From Acidimicrobiia bacterium (GTDB taxonomy: Bacteria > Acidobacteriota > Vicinamibacteria > Vicinamibacterales > UBA2999): DNA of 64,000 bases. Positions within the stretch are counted from its first letter, which is position 1, and every line of letters begins with the position of its first letter. The notes under the pieces are model-generated. The model was given only the letters and a program-made list of their open reading frames with translations. It had not been told where the DNA came from and ran no database searches. Positions 10,176-19,282 of the stretch are shown one piece after another. Made by a program: the position numbers and the translations under genes. The stretch is taken from assembly GCA_038144855.1 (NCBI GenBank), contig JAYQOO010000005.1:9248-73247 (forward strand), in the 5' to 3' direction.

Positions 10176-11626
10176 GCGGCCCCTCGACCGTGCTCGGGGC
10201 CGCCCTGAGCGTGTCGAAGGGCGGCGGCGCGGGAGCCGACGCGGCCCAACTCATCGAGCACGAGTTGAATGACGCGCTCGGCCGACTGGCCGTCCGTAAA
10301 CTGGCACTGATCGAGCACCACTTGCCGGCGGCCCTCAGCGTCCAGCGAGCGATCCGCCAGGTAAGCGGCAACCATCGCGACCATTTCGTCAGGCGACTTC
10401 GCCACTCGCACGGCATGCCGGTTGGTGATGTTCACGTAGTGCGTGAACGAGTAGTAGCGCCGCGCTGACGTGACGTACGGCTCCTCGCCCGGGCCGTCAA
10501 ACCATATATTGACCACCGGTGTATCGAACAGGCACGCCTCGACAGCAATCGTCGACGCGACGTTGACGACGGCGTCAGCGTGGCACAAGGTGTCGCCGAG
10601 GTGCCGCTGGTTCTCCGGCATCACGTCGATCGCCAGGCCGTCCGCAACCTTCACGGTGTCGCGAAACGGCTTTTCGATGATGACGTCCGGCGTATTCATG
10701 AACTCGCGATAGGCATCGACCTCGTCGCGAGGATGCAGGCGAACCAAGAGCTGCGCGCCGCGAAGCGCGCCGACCTGGATGGCGGGGATCAGCGCCCTCA
10801 ATACGTGGTCGTGATGACGGTAGAGCTCACGCGGTGTCGTGGTTAGGGCTACTAGCTTCCGAGACGGATCGGCGCCGATCTTCTCGAAGAACTGCTGTCT
10901 CGACGTCCTCGACGCGGCACGGAAGTGCGGGTCGAACTGGGGAGCGCCCGCCACGCGAACGGCGTCGGCGCGATAGCCGTGAAATGCCATCGCCTGCGCT
11001 TTCATGATGTCGTTCCACACCACCAGCCGATCGACCCACCGAACCGGCATCAGCTTATTGGTGAAGTTGTCCCAACTGGGATCGATGGCCATGCTGAACA
11101 CACCACGCCGCCTGGCGGTCCGCAGGAGCGGGACCTCTGAGAACACCAGTCCAGGACTGGCGGCCACCACGAGCCTGGGCTGGTGCTCGTCGAACAGGCG
11201 GTCCATCTCCGGATGTGCCACCAGCCGATCCGCCACGGCGTAGCGAGAGCCTGTCCGCAAGAACGGCTCAACCAGTATCTTGCCGAGAGCGGCTTTGACT
11301 CCGAGGCCGCGAATGGCACCCTTTGCGCGCGCCTCGGCAAGCCGGATGCGCACCGACTCCGTTTGCCCGCGATGCAGGTAGCTCGCTTGAACAATCGCGA
11401 GCAGCCGCGCTTCGAGTCCCTGCGGCACGTGCGCCGGTTGGTCGAGAATCTGCACCCGATTGCGCGAGAACTCGCGGATGAAGGATGCGTCGCGCGACAT
11501 CGGAGACAGCAGCACGATCCGCAGATTGCGATCGGACTCGAGCAGCCGGTCGAGCAGGCCGCCGGACCGCAACATATTCCCAGCGCTGGTGCCGTGCGGA
11601 ACCGACACGAAGACCGAATCCGCCAC
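10172..11626 (-). CDS. GT-B-fold-like polysaccharide biosynthesis protein, family unassigned
   Basis: Roughly 484-aa soluble ORF with two Rossmann-like halves by eye. GTG at 11626 lies 1 nt after the wzt stop; the ORF-track start at 11662 is an alternative. Confidence 0.5.
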   Translation of the reverse strand: MADSVFVSVPHGTSAGNMLRSGGLLDRLLESDRNLRIVLLSPMSRDASFIREFSRNRVQILDQPAHVPQGLEARLLAIVQASYLHRGQTESVRIRLAEARAKGAIRGLGVKAALGKILVEPFLRTGSRYAVADRLVAHPEMDRLFDEHQPRLVVAASPGLVFSEVPLLRTARRRGVFSMAIDPSWDNFTNKLMPVRWVDRLVVWNDIMKAQAMAFHGYRADAVRVAGAPQFDPHFRAASRTSRQQFFEKIGADPSRKLVALTTTPRELYRHHDHVLRALIPAIQVGALRGAQLLVRLHPRDEVDAYREFMNTPDVIIEKPFRDTVKVADGLAIDVMPENQRHLGDTLCHADAVVNVASTIAVEACLFDTPVVNIWFDGPGEEPYVTSARRYYSFTHYVNITNRHAVRVAKSPDEMVAMVAAYLADRSLDAEGRRQVVLDQCQFTDGQSAERVIQLVLDELGRVGSRAAALRHAQGGPEHGRGAA

Positions 11627-11627
11627 G

Positions 11628-12896
11628 CTAGACCACCCTTCCCGGGCGATGGTTGATATCAAATGGGATGGTCACCAGCCCTTCCTGCTCGTCGGCCAGG
11701 CTGTCGACGCCGCCGCCCTGGCCGGTCACCGCAAATCTCGGTCCGGCAATCACGGTGTCGTACGACGCCAGCTGGTGCGCGTCGGTGATCGACAGGCGCA
11801 GCACGTACTGACGCGGACGTAACGGCAGGCCGTTAAACCGAATGTCGATGGTGCCGGGACCGTCGACGGTCGTCGCCGAATCGCGGCCACTGGTGCTCGC
11901 CGTCGTCACCACCACACCGGTGTCCACGTCGACGATCGCCACCTGGAACACCGGGCGCTCCACAGCCTTCGCCGTCTTGTACGACGCGCGCACCACCATC
12001 GCATCGTCCTGGTTGAACAGCGCGGAGGGTTGTCCGGTGACGTCGAAGGTTTCAACCCTCTCGTAGCGCACTTCGCCGGTGCCACCGCGGTGGCTCTGCA
12101 ACGACGTGCCCTGATTGGCGAGCGCCTGCAGATTGACCTCGTTCATGTAGCGCTCGGCAATGTCGCCGGCGTCTCCGTATGCGCGCACCTGGCCTTCTTC
12201 CATCCACAGGATCTGGCTGCACAGGCGGCGCACGTTCCACATGTCGTGCGAAATGAACAACACCGTCTTGCCGGAGGCGATCAGGCCGCGCAGCGCCTCG
12301 AGCGCGCGCCGGCGGAACGACGCGTCGCCCACCGACAGCACTTCGTCCACCAGGACGATGTCCGGATTGCTGTGAATGGCCACGCTGAATCCGAGGCGGG
12401 CATACAACCCCGACGAGTAGCGCTTCATCGGGGTGTCGATCAACCGCTCCACGTCCGCGAAATTTACGATCGAATCGAACTGGCGGTCGATTTCGCGACG
12501 TGACAGCCCGAACAATCCCGCGCCGAGGTAGACATTTTCGCGGCCGGTCAGCTCGGGATGGAACCCCGCGCCAAGCTCGATCAACGACACCACGTGGCCG
12601 GCGACGCGAACCTTGCCGCTGGTCGGCCAGGTCACGCGCGAAATCATTTTCAGCAGCGTGGTCTTGCCGGCGCCGTTGCGGCCGATGATGCCCAGGCCGG
12701 CGCCCTCCGGCACCTCGAACGAGACGTCGCGAAGAGCGTGGATGGTCGAACTGACGGTGCCGCGGCCTGCGGTATGAACCTCGTCGGCCTGACCGCGCAT
12801 GCCGCGAATCGACCCCGCAACCAGGTCAACCAGCGTCCGGGAACGTCCGGTTCGGTACCGTTTGGTGACTTGCTCGAGTTGTATGGCGATTGACAC
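11628..12896 (-). CDS. wzt: polysaccharide/O-antigen ABC exporter ATP-binding protein with C-terminal carbohydrate-binding-type domain
   Basis: Walker A GRNGAGKTTLLK, signature-like YSSGLYARLGF, Walker B IVLVDEVLSVGD. It has a roughly 170-aa beta-rich C-terminal extension typical of Wzt. Confidence 0.9.
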   Translation of the reverse strand: MSIAIQLEQVTKRYRTGRSRTLVDLVAGSIRGMRGQADEVHTAGRGTVSSTIHALRDVSFEVPEGAGLGIIGRNGAGKTTLLKMISRVTWPTSGKVRVAGHVVSLIELGAGFHPELTGRENVYLGAGLFGLSRREIDRQFDSIVNFADVERLIDTPMKRYSSGLYARLGFSVAIHSNPDIVLVDEVLSVGDASFRRRALEALRGLIASGKTVLFISHDMWNVRRLCSQILWMEEGQVRAYGDAGDIAERYMNEVNLQALANQGTSLQSHRGGTGEVRYERVETFDVTGQPSALFNQDDAMVVRASYKTAKAVERPVFQVAIVDVDTGVVVTTASTSGRDSATTVDGPGTIDIRFNGLPLRPRQYVLRLSITDAHQLASYDTVIAGPRFAVTGQGGGVDSLADEQEGLVTIPFDINHRPGRVV

Positions 12897-12914
12897 AGTG
12901 AAACTGTTGACCTG

Positions 12915-13715
12915 TTAGATCACGTCTGCGAAGTACTTATCGGTCTTCTTGAACAGCAGGAAAGCGCCGAGGAACAGCGCCGCGATCAGCGACGTCGAAA
13001 CGCCGACCACTTCCCACTCCGGCGCGCGGCCGAACACCAGCACTGCTCTCAACCCTTCGACCACGCCGGTCAGCGGATTGAGCAGGAACAGCGCGCGATA
13101 CTCCGACGGTACCGCCGACAGCGGATACGCAACCGGCGTCAGATACAGCCACAACTGCAACGCAATCTGCACGACCGGGCTCACGTCGCGATAGAAAACG
13201 TTGAGCGCCGATGTCAACAGCGTCGTGCCGAGCGTGAACACCACCAGCAGCGCGATGAAGACCGGCACCAGCACGCTCCACCGTGTCATGGTGACGTTGT
13301 AGAAGATCAGCAGCAGTGCAAACAGACCGGACGATGCGGCCAGGTCGACCAGGCGCGAGCTGACTTGCGCAATCGGCACGATCTCCCTGGGGAAATAGGT
13401 CTTCGTCACGATGTTCCGGTAGGTGATCAGGCTCATCGTCCCCGAGTTGACCGAGTTCGAGAAGAAGAACCACGGCACCAGGGCGGCGAAGGCAAACAGC
13501 GGATACGGCGCGCCGCCGGACGGCATCTGGCCGAGTCGCGCGAACACCAGCGTGAACACCGCCATCATGGCCAGCGGCTGCGCAATCGCCCAGCCGGCAC
13601 CGAACAGCGACTGCGAATAGCGACCCTTAACCTCGCGCCGCGTCAGGTTCATCAGCAGCTCGAAATACGCCGCCGGCGACATTCGCGGCGGTTTGTCGGT
13701 CAGCACCTTAGTCAA
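12915..13715 (-). CDS. wzm: ABC-2 type polysaccharide exporter permease
   Basis: 266-aa protein with six hydrophobic segments. N-terminus LMNLTRREVKGRYSQSLFGAGWAIAQPL is typical of Wzm/TagG. Confidence 0.85.
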   Translation of the reverse strand: MTKVLTDKPPRMSPAAYFELLMNLTRREVKGRYSQSLFGAGWAIAQPLAMMAVFTLVFARLGQMPSGGAPYPLFAFAALVPWFFFSNSVNSGTMSLITYRNIVTKTYFPREIVPIAQVSSRLVDLAASSGLFALLLIFYNVTMTRWSVLVPVFIALLVVFTLGTTLLTSALNVFYRDVSPVVQIALQLWLYLTPVAYPLSAVPSEYRALFLLNPLTGVVEGLRAVLVFGRAPEWEVVGVSTSLIAALFLGAFLLFKKTDKYFADVI

Positions 13716-15585
13716 GGACGAATTCCCGCTTCCACGACTCGTCTTCTTCCAGCTTTGGCTGGTCGACCTTTTCGAGGATGTAGTTCTCGATCACGAGGAT
13801 GTCCATGTCGCTGCGCATGAAGCAGCGGTAAGAATCCTCGGGACCGCACACCATCGGCTCGCCGCGCACGTTGAATGACGTGTTGATGATCACCGGGCAG
13901 CCGGTGATCCGATTGAAGGCCGCGATGATGTCGTAATACAGTGGACTGGTGTCGCGGCGCACCGTCTGGATGCGCGCCGAGTAGTCGACGTGCGTGATCG
14001 CCGGCACGGTCGAGCGCGGCACGTTGAGCTTGTCGATGCCCCACAGCTTGTCGGCACCCTCGGCCTCCGCAATGCGTCGCTCGTCCAGGACGTCGGCGAC
14101 GAGCAGCATGTAGGGGCTGTCGCCGTCCAGCTCGAACCACTCCGCGACTTCTTCGCGCAGCACCGCCGGCGCAAACGGGCGGAACGATTCACGGAACTTG
14201 ATCTTGAGGTTCATGACCGACTGCATCTTCGGCGAGCGGGCGTCACCGATGATCGAGCGGCCACCGAGGGCACGCGGCCCGAACTCCATGCGTCCCTGGT
14301 GCAAACCAACCACCTTCTCGGCTGCGAGGTGCTGCGCGATCGTCTCCGCCAGCACCGCGTCGTCTACGCGCCTGGCGATCCAGCCACCCTTGTCGATGGC
14401 GGCCTTGATCTCCGCATCGGAAGACTTCGGCCCCAGGTACGAGCCGCTCATGGCGTCGGCATACTTCGGCACTCGCCCAGACACGGTCGACGGTCGCTCC
14501 CACGTGCCTGCCGCTTCAGCGCTGACGCGCGGCTTGCCAAGATGCTTGTGCCAGATGCTCATGGCCACGCCCAGCGCGCCGCCGGCGTCGCCTGCGGCCG
14601 GCTGTATCCAGATCTGGTCGAACGGCCCTTCGCGAAGAATCCGGCCGTTGCCCACGCAGTTCAGCGCCACGCCGCCGGCCAGACACAGGTCGCGCATCCC
14701 CGTCTCACGGTGCGCGAACGCCGTCATTTTCAACATCACCTCTTCGGTGATCTCCTGGATCGATCGGGCCAGGTCCATATCCCGCTGCGTCAGCTTGCTT
14801 TCCTGCTGCCTCGCGGGTCCGCCCATGATCTGCTCCATCTTCGAGCCGGTCATGGTCAGCCCGTGCGCGTAGGTGAAGTACTCCTGGTTCATCCACAAGC
14901 TGCCATCGTCCTTGATCTCGACGATGTGGTCCTTGATGGTCTTGACATATTTGGGCTCGCCGTACGGCGCCAGGCCCATCACCTTGTACTCGCCGGAGTT
15001 CACCTTGAATCCAGCGAAGTAGGTGAATGCGGAGTACAGCAGGCCGAGGGAGTGCGGGAAGCGCAGCTCGTGAATGATCTCGAGCGAGTGGCCCTTGCCA
15101 ACGCCGATAGACGACGTGGCCCACTCGCCGACGCCGTCCATGGTGACCACCGCGGCTTGCTCGAACGGCGACGGATAGAACGCGGAGGAGGCGTGCGACT
15201 CGTGATGCTCGCCGAACAGCACCTCGCCCTCATAGCCCTCGATCTCGCTGCTGATGTCGTCGGCCATCCACAGCTTTTCGCTGAGCCACAACGGCATGGC
15301 CATCAGGTACGACTGCCAGCCGCGCGGCGCCGACGCCACATAGGTCTCGAGCAGCCTCGCAAACTTGATCAGCGGCTTCTCGTAGAAGCCGACGTGATCG
15401 ATTTGCGATGGCGTGATACCGGCTTCGCGCAGGCAGTACTCGATCGCCTTGTTCGGGAACGCCGCATCGTGCTTCTTGCGCGTGAAGCGTTCTTCCTGCG
15501 CCGCGGCCACGATGCGCCCGTCCTCGACCAGGCAAGCGGCCGAGTCGTGGTAGTAGGCGGAGATTCCGAGGATCCGTGTCGCCAC
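13708..15585 (-). CDS. carbamoyltransferase (NodU/CmcH family)
   Basis: N-terminus (GTG start) MATRILGISAYYHDSAACLVEDGRIVAAAQEERFTRKKHDAAFP; 625 aa. Confidence 0.9.
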   Translation of the reverse strand: MATRILGISAYYHDSAACLVEDGRIVAAAQEERFTRKKHDAAFPNKAIEYCLREAGITPSQIDHVGFYEKPLIKFARLLETYVASAPRGWQSYLMAMPLWLSEKLWMADDISSEIEGYEGEVLFGEHHESHASSAFYPSPFEQAAVVTMDGVGEWATSSIGVGKGHSLEIIHELRFPHSLGLLYSAFTYFAGFKVNSGEYKVMGLAPYGEPKYVKTIKDHIVEIKDDGSLWMNQEYFTYAHGLTMTGSKMEQIMGGPARQQESKLTQRDMDLARSIQEITEEVMLKMTAFAHRETGMRDLCLAGGVALNCVGNGRILREGPFDQIWIQPAAGDAGGALGVAMSIWHKHLGKPRVSAEAAGTWERPSTVSGRVPKYADAMSGSYLGPKSSDAEIKAAIDKGGWIARRVDDAVLAETIAQHLAAEKVVGLHQGRMEFGPRALGGRSIIGDARSPKMQSVMNLKIKFRESFRPFAPAVLREEVAEWFELDGDSPYMLLVADVLDERRIAEAEGADKLWGIDKLNVPRSTVPAITHVDYSARIQTVRRDTSPLYYDIIAAFNRITGCPVIINTSFNVRGEPMVCGPEDSYRCFMRSDMDILVIENYILEKVDQPKLEEDESWKREFVLD

Positions 15586-15743
15586 TAGAAGAGGGTGTAG
15601 ATGAACGGCGCCACCGCGCTCGACTGGGAGAACACGATCAGCAGTCCGAACAGCACGAAGACGATCACGATCGGCATCAGCCAGTACTTCTTCTCCTGCT
15701 TCAGGAACTGCATGAACTCCGAGAGAACGCGACTTTTGGCCAT
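15585..15743 (-). CDS. DUF5989-family small membrane protein (below the ORF-track size cut-off)
   Basis: Own translation: MAKSRVLSEFMQFLKQEKKYWLMPIVIVFVLFGLLIVFSQSSAVAPFIYTLF (52 aa). Its TAG shares 1 nt with the carbamoyltransferase GTG start. From memory, this family classically accompanies carbamoyltransferase and SxtJ. Confidence 0.7.
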   Translation of the reverse strand: MAKSRVLSEFMQFLKQEKKYWLMPIVIVFVLFGLLIVFSQSSAVAPFIYTLF

Positions 15744-15753
15744 GGGATAAACC

Positions 15754-16152
15754 TCAGTACATCTTTGTGAAGTGGTCGGGATTCTTGAATCGGGCCGGCG
15801 ACGGCGACCATCCGTGCCAGGTTTGACGCCGCCGCGCCAGTGGATCGTGGCCGGTCAGCCGCCACAGCAGGCCGATCGGCGTAAGCACGAGGGCAAAGGC
15901 GACCGTGAGAATGACGCGGGCGTTGATATGGCCCAGCACCATCGCGAATTTCCACCACACCGCCGACGGCCACTTCAGCAGCTTCGGCGCGAGAAGACCG
16001 AAGATGACGAGGGCGGCGCCGATGGCGGCCACCAGTACGGCGCGGTCGCGGCCTCGCCACGCCATGTAAGCGGCGACCACGATCATCACCCCGCCGACGG
16101 ACAGGCCGAACGAGCGCTCTTTGAAATTCGGAGCTTCAGTTTTTTTCTTCAT
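15754..16152 (-). CDS. SxtJ-family membrane protein (start revised)
   Basis: MKKKTEAPNFKERSFGLSVGGVMIVVAAYMAWRGRDR...RFKNPDHFTKMY (132 aa). The ORF-track version (to 16911) is a run-on through the upstream gene in another frame. ATG 16152-16150 overlaps the upstream TGA. Confidence 0.7.
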   Translation of the reverse strand: MKKKTEAPNFKERSFGLSVGGVMIVVAAYMAWRGRDRAVLVAAIGAALVIFGLLAPKLLKWPSAVWWKFAMVLGHINARVILTVAFALVLTPIGLLWRLTGHDPLARRRQTWHGWSPSPARFKNPDHFTKMY

Positions 16153-17240
16153 GGTTGAGAGGACGGCCAGCGCGACTGCCAGATCGCATAGGCGGCAATG
16201 CCAGCGGACAGCAGCACGGCGTAACGCGAATTCGGAACGACCATCACCTGCGCGCCGATCCGCATGTTCGCGATTGCAAACAGCGCAACGAACGCGGCGC
16301 CGGCCACGACTGGGATGCGCGCGAGCGCGAGTGCAGCGATCGGCATCAACAGGAAATAGAAATTGCCCAGCGCGCGTTCCGGGGTCGCCACGTAGATCAG
16401 CGCCGCGGCGGCGGGAATCGCGCCAAGCGCCAGCTGCTGGAGGCGCGGCGGCGTAAAACGCCATCCGGCCGGCAACAACAGGTAGACCGCGCCGAACGCG
16501 CCGAACACCGCGGCAATGCCCGACAGCGGCGACACGTGTGTCAGCCAGAGCCGCAGATAACCACCGGCCAGTGGCTGCGATGACGGGTTGTCGTTGTAGC
16601 TGTAGTCGAACAGCCGCATCAGTGCGATCTGCAGGGCGATCCACACTGCGGTCACCGCGAACGCCAGCAGGAACTGGAGCACCGATTCGCGCCAACGGCG
16701 GCCCAACGCGGATGCCGCGGCGGAAATGTAAAGCGGTGCAGCCGCAAACTCCTTGGCGAAGATACCCACAGTACCGATGGCCGTCGCCGCGCCCCACCGC
16801 GACCGCAGCAGCAATGTCGTGATGATCGGCGCCAGCAGCAGCACGAAGGGGTCGGCGTTGTACGGGTGATGGATCGTGGCAAACGCCCCCGCGCTCGTGG
16901 CCGCCAGCCACGCGGCCCAGGTCGCGGCCGGCGCCGACAGGCCCAGCGTCAGTGCCATATAACCCGTCGCAATGGCCGCGCCTGCATTGGCGATCACCGC
17001 AAAACCGCGCCAGCGGACGGCTGACGAACCTGGTAGCGCCTCAAGCGTGGCCGGCACCAGGATGCGAAAGCAATTCAAGTCCGCGCAGCCAGGAACGATG
17101 ACGCCCTGCCCCACGCGTTCCATCATCGCCTGGTCGGTCGGGTATGGCTGCGGCGACAACCCCGCAACGAGTGTCAGCACCACCAGCATCCCCGCAAAGT
17201 GCGGCAGCGCGCTCGACGTAAATTGGTCCGCACGAATCAC
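16149..17240 (-). CDS. polytopic membrane protein, unknown family (start revised)
   Basis: GTG at 17240-17238 (VIRADQFTSSALPHFAGMLVVL...) forms a GTGA overlap with the upstream stop. The remainder is highly hydrophobic. The ORF-track start at 18071 is inside the upstream gene. Confidence 0.6.
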   Translation of the reverse strand: MIRADQFTSSALPHFAGMLVVLTLVAGLSPQPYPTDQAMMERVGQGVIVPGCADLNCFRILVPATLEALPGSSAVRWRGFAVIANAGAAIATGYMALTLGLSAPAATWAAWLAATSAGAFATIHHPYNADPFVLLLAPIITTLLLRSRWGAATAIGTVGIFAKEFAAAPLYISAAASALGRRWRESVLQFLLAFAVTAVWIALQIALMRLFDYSYNDNPSSQPLAGGYLRLWLTHVSPLSGIAAVFGAFGAVYLLLPAGWRFTPPRLQQLALGAIPAAAALIYVATPERALGNFYFLLMPIAALALARIPVVAGAAFVALFAIANMRIGAQVMVVPNSRYAVLLSAGIAAYAIWQSRWPSSQP

Positions 17241-19282
17241 GCCGGCGCCCGGCCGCGCGTCGACAGGGCGGTCATCGTCAAGGCGCACGCGAAGGGAATC
17301 AGGTGGATCGTGAACCGTCCCGGATAGCCGTGCGCGTGTGCGAGAAACGCACCGAGCGTGCCTCCCGCAGCGGCAACGAGCGCAATGACCGGCACCCGAC
17401 CCGCAAGGCGGGTCTGCAGCAACGCCAGCACAGCGACGAGGGCGCCGGCAACAACGATCAACGCGCGTGGATCCGGGCGCGGCGGCTCGTTCATGAACAA
17501 CGTGGCCTGCAGGCTGTGAGCAATCCGACCCCACACCTCGGCGTCGAGCAGCGTCCAGGGACGCAGGCCGGTGTCGTTGTTCTTCAGGCTGGTGCCGTAA
17601 AACAAGCTGAACACGCCGGTGTAATGGTAGGTCCTGAGCGCAAACAGCCCAACGCCCGTTGCAAACGTTGCGGCAAACGCAATGGCCGGTGCCAGCCGCA
17701 CGCGCGCCAGCGCGGCTCTGACGCGGGGCCACGCGACAGGGGTCCGGCACGACAGCAGGAACACCGGCAGACACGCGGCAAAGAGCAGGTGATTCAGTCG
17801 CGTGTAGAACATCAACGTGGCCATGACGCCCGCACATAGCGCCCATGCGATCGTGCCGCGGCGCCCGCGCAACAGGAAGAACATGGCCAGGAACGCCCAT
17901 CCGGCGGCGGCGATCTCGGAGAGTCCACGGCCCAGGAAGTACCACGGGGTTCCGAGCGTCATGGTGGCGACCACCAGTGCCGCGCCGGCAATCGCAAGCC
18001 GGAAGCCGGCCAGGGGGCGAGCCAGATGAAACGACAGCAGCGCGCCAAACAACACGCACGCACCGTCCCAATAGAGTTCGCCGACGCTGGAGTCGCCGAA
18101 CACCAGATGGAGCGCGCCGGTCATCCAGCGGTAAAACGGCTGGAAATCGAACACTTCGTTGCCGCCCTCCAGCCAGAATCCCTGGAAGTAGATGCGATGG
18201 CCGGCGACCTGATAGGTCAGCCAGTCATCGTACGAATACAAAGTGAAGTGTCCGACCTGATTCAGCGAGAGCGCCCCAATGAACGCCAGCCAGGGCAGGC
18301 CGACCAGCAGGAACGCGCCGCGCAGGTTGCGCACACGTGACGACACGGGAATCAGCGCCGCTGCCGCTAACACGATCCCGACCAACCGCTGCACGCCGAC
18401 CGATCCCAGAACGCCGACGGTTGCGGCGATCGCCATGAGCGCGGCAGCGCTGACCAGCGTGACCGGATCTGGACGAAGCACGGCTGCGGCCTGGCTGGCC
18501 AACCCCGCGACGACGATCAGCACCAGTAGCAACGTCACCACCCAACCCCACGACGCCGCGAGGCGATCGAGGGCGCCTGGTGCGCTCGTCGTCACCAGCG
18601 CCGCCGACCACAGTGGCCGGCCGTCGAGCGTCGGCTCGAAGCGCCAGGTTTCACCCGACAGCGTGGTGGCGATCTCGATCGAGTGGGTGCCGGCCGGCAA
18701 GATGGAACTGTTCGGCGAGACCGCGCCGTCCACACGCAGGACCATCGCGTCCGGAACCGAGGTGGCGACTGAGAGTGTGTGCGGCGTCGCGGTGGTCACG
18801 AAGCCACTCGCCGTCATCTGCACGTCCTGCGAACCACGCAGTTGCGACGTGACGTTCAAGAACCAGGCTGGGAATGCCCGCCGATCGGTGAGCGGGCGCG
18901 TCACAATGGCCGTACAGCGCGGGGCGGGATCCCGCCAGTCGGATCGCAGATCCCAGCTTCGCAGGGCGCCGGTCGGCTCGATGATGGGAATGCCTTGATT
19001 GATCCCGTCCAGCGGACGACCGGCATTCATCGAGACGCACAAGCCCTGCTGGGCGGTCACCGGCGCCGTGAGCAGCTTATAGGCCAGCAACGCCAGCATG
19101 GCCCAGCGCGTCCAGCCAACGCTGATGCCGCGGCGGCACAGCCACCACAGCGAAGGGACGGCGAGGCCAATGATCATTGCCTCGAGCGGCGCATCGAGAG
19201 GCGCGCCGTCGAGGGGGCCAATGAATCGGGACGGCCACAGCAACGCGATCGCCAGCACGGCCGTCCAAAGCGCGGTCTTCAT
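17237..19282 (-). CDS. large polytopic membrane protein with an N-proximal extracytoplasmic domain (GT-C-like candidate)
   Basis: 681 aa. Order is MKTALWTAVLAIALLWPS, then a roughly 200-aa soluble stretch, then more than 10 hydrophobic helices. ATGA overlap with the upstream stop (19279-19282). Confidence 0.6.
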   Translation of the reverse strand: MKTALWTAVLAIALLWPSRFIGPLDGAPLDAPLEAMIIGLAVPSLWWLCRRGISVGWTRWAMLALLAYKLLTAPVTAQQGLCVSMNAGRPLDGINQGIPIIEPTGALRSWDLRSDWRDPAPRCTAIVTRPLTDRRAFPAWFLNVTSQLRGSQDVQMTASGFVTTATPHTLSVATSVPDAMVLRVDGAVSPNSSILPAGTHSIEIATTLSGETWRFEPTLDGRPLWSAALVTTSAPGALDRLAASWGWVVTLLLVLIVVAGLASQAAAVLRPDPVTLVSAAALMAIAATVGVLGSVGVQRLVGIVLAAAALIPVSSRVRNLRGAFLLVGLPWLAFIGALSLNQVGHFTLYSYDDWLTYQVAGHRIYFQGFWLEGGNEVFDFQPFYRWMTGALHLVFGDSSVGELYWDGACVLFGALLSFHLARPLAGFRLAIAGAALVVATMTLGTPWYFLGRGLSEIAAAGWAFLAMFFLLRGRRGTIAWALCAGVMATLMFYTRLNHLLFAACLPVFLLSCRTPVAWPRVRAALARVRLAPAIAFAATFATGVGLFALRTYHYTGVFSLFYGTSLKNNDTGLRPWTLLDAEVWGRIAHSLQATLFMNEPPRPDPRALIVVAGALVAVLALLQTRLAGRVPVIALVAAAGGTLGAFLAHAHGYPGRFTIHLIPFACALTMTALSTRGRAPA

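Noticed and set aside
13990-15588. 532-aa plus-strand ORF opposite the carbamoyltransferase. Similar long antisense ORFs occur at 27020-28819, 29565-30734, 32365-33732, 35203-36396, 38672-40270, 40837-42189, 55403-56311 and elsewhere.
   Set aside because: Each lies opposite a gene with clear family motifs. Their translations are low-complexity (R/A/G/P/H-rich), and they lack sensible start contexts.
15576-15770. 64-aa plus-strand ORF (MSPLEEGVDERRHRARLGEHDQQ...).
   Set aside because: It is antisense to the 52-aa DUF5989-like ORF, which has a convincing TM segment and conserved C-terminus (APFIYTLF) and sits in the expected synteny.
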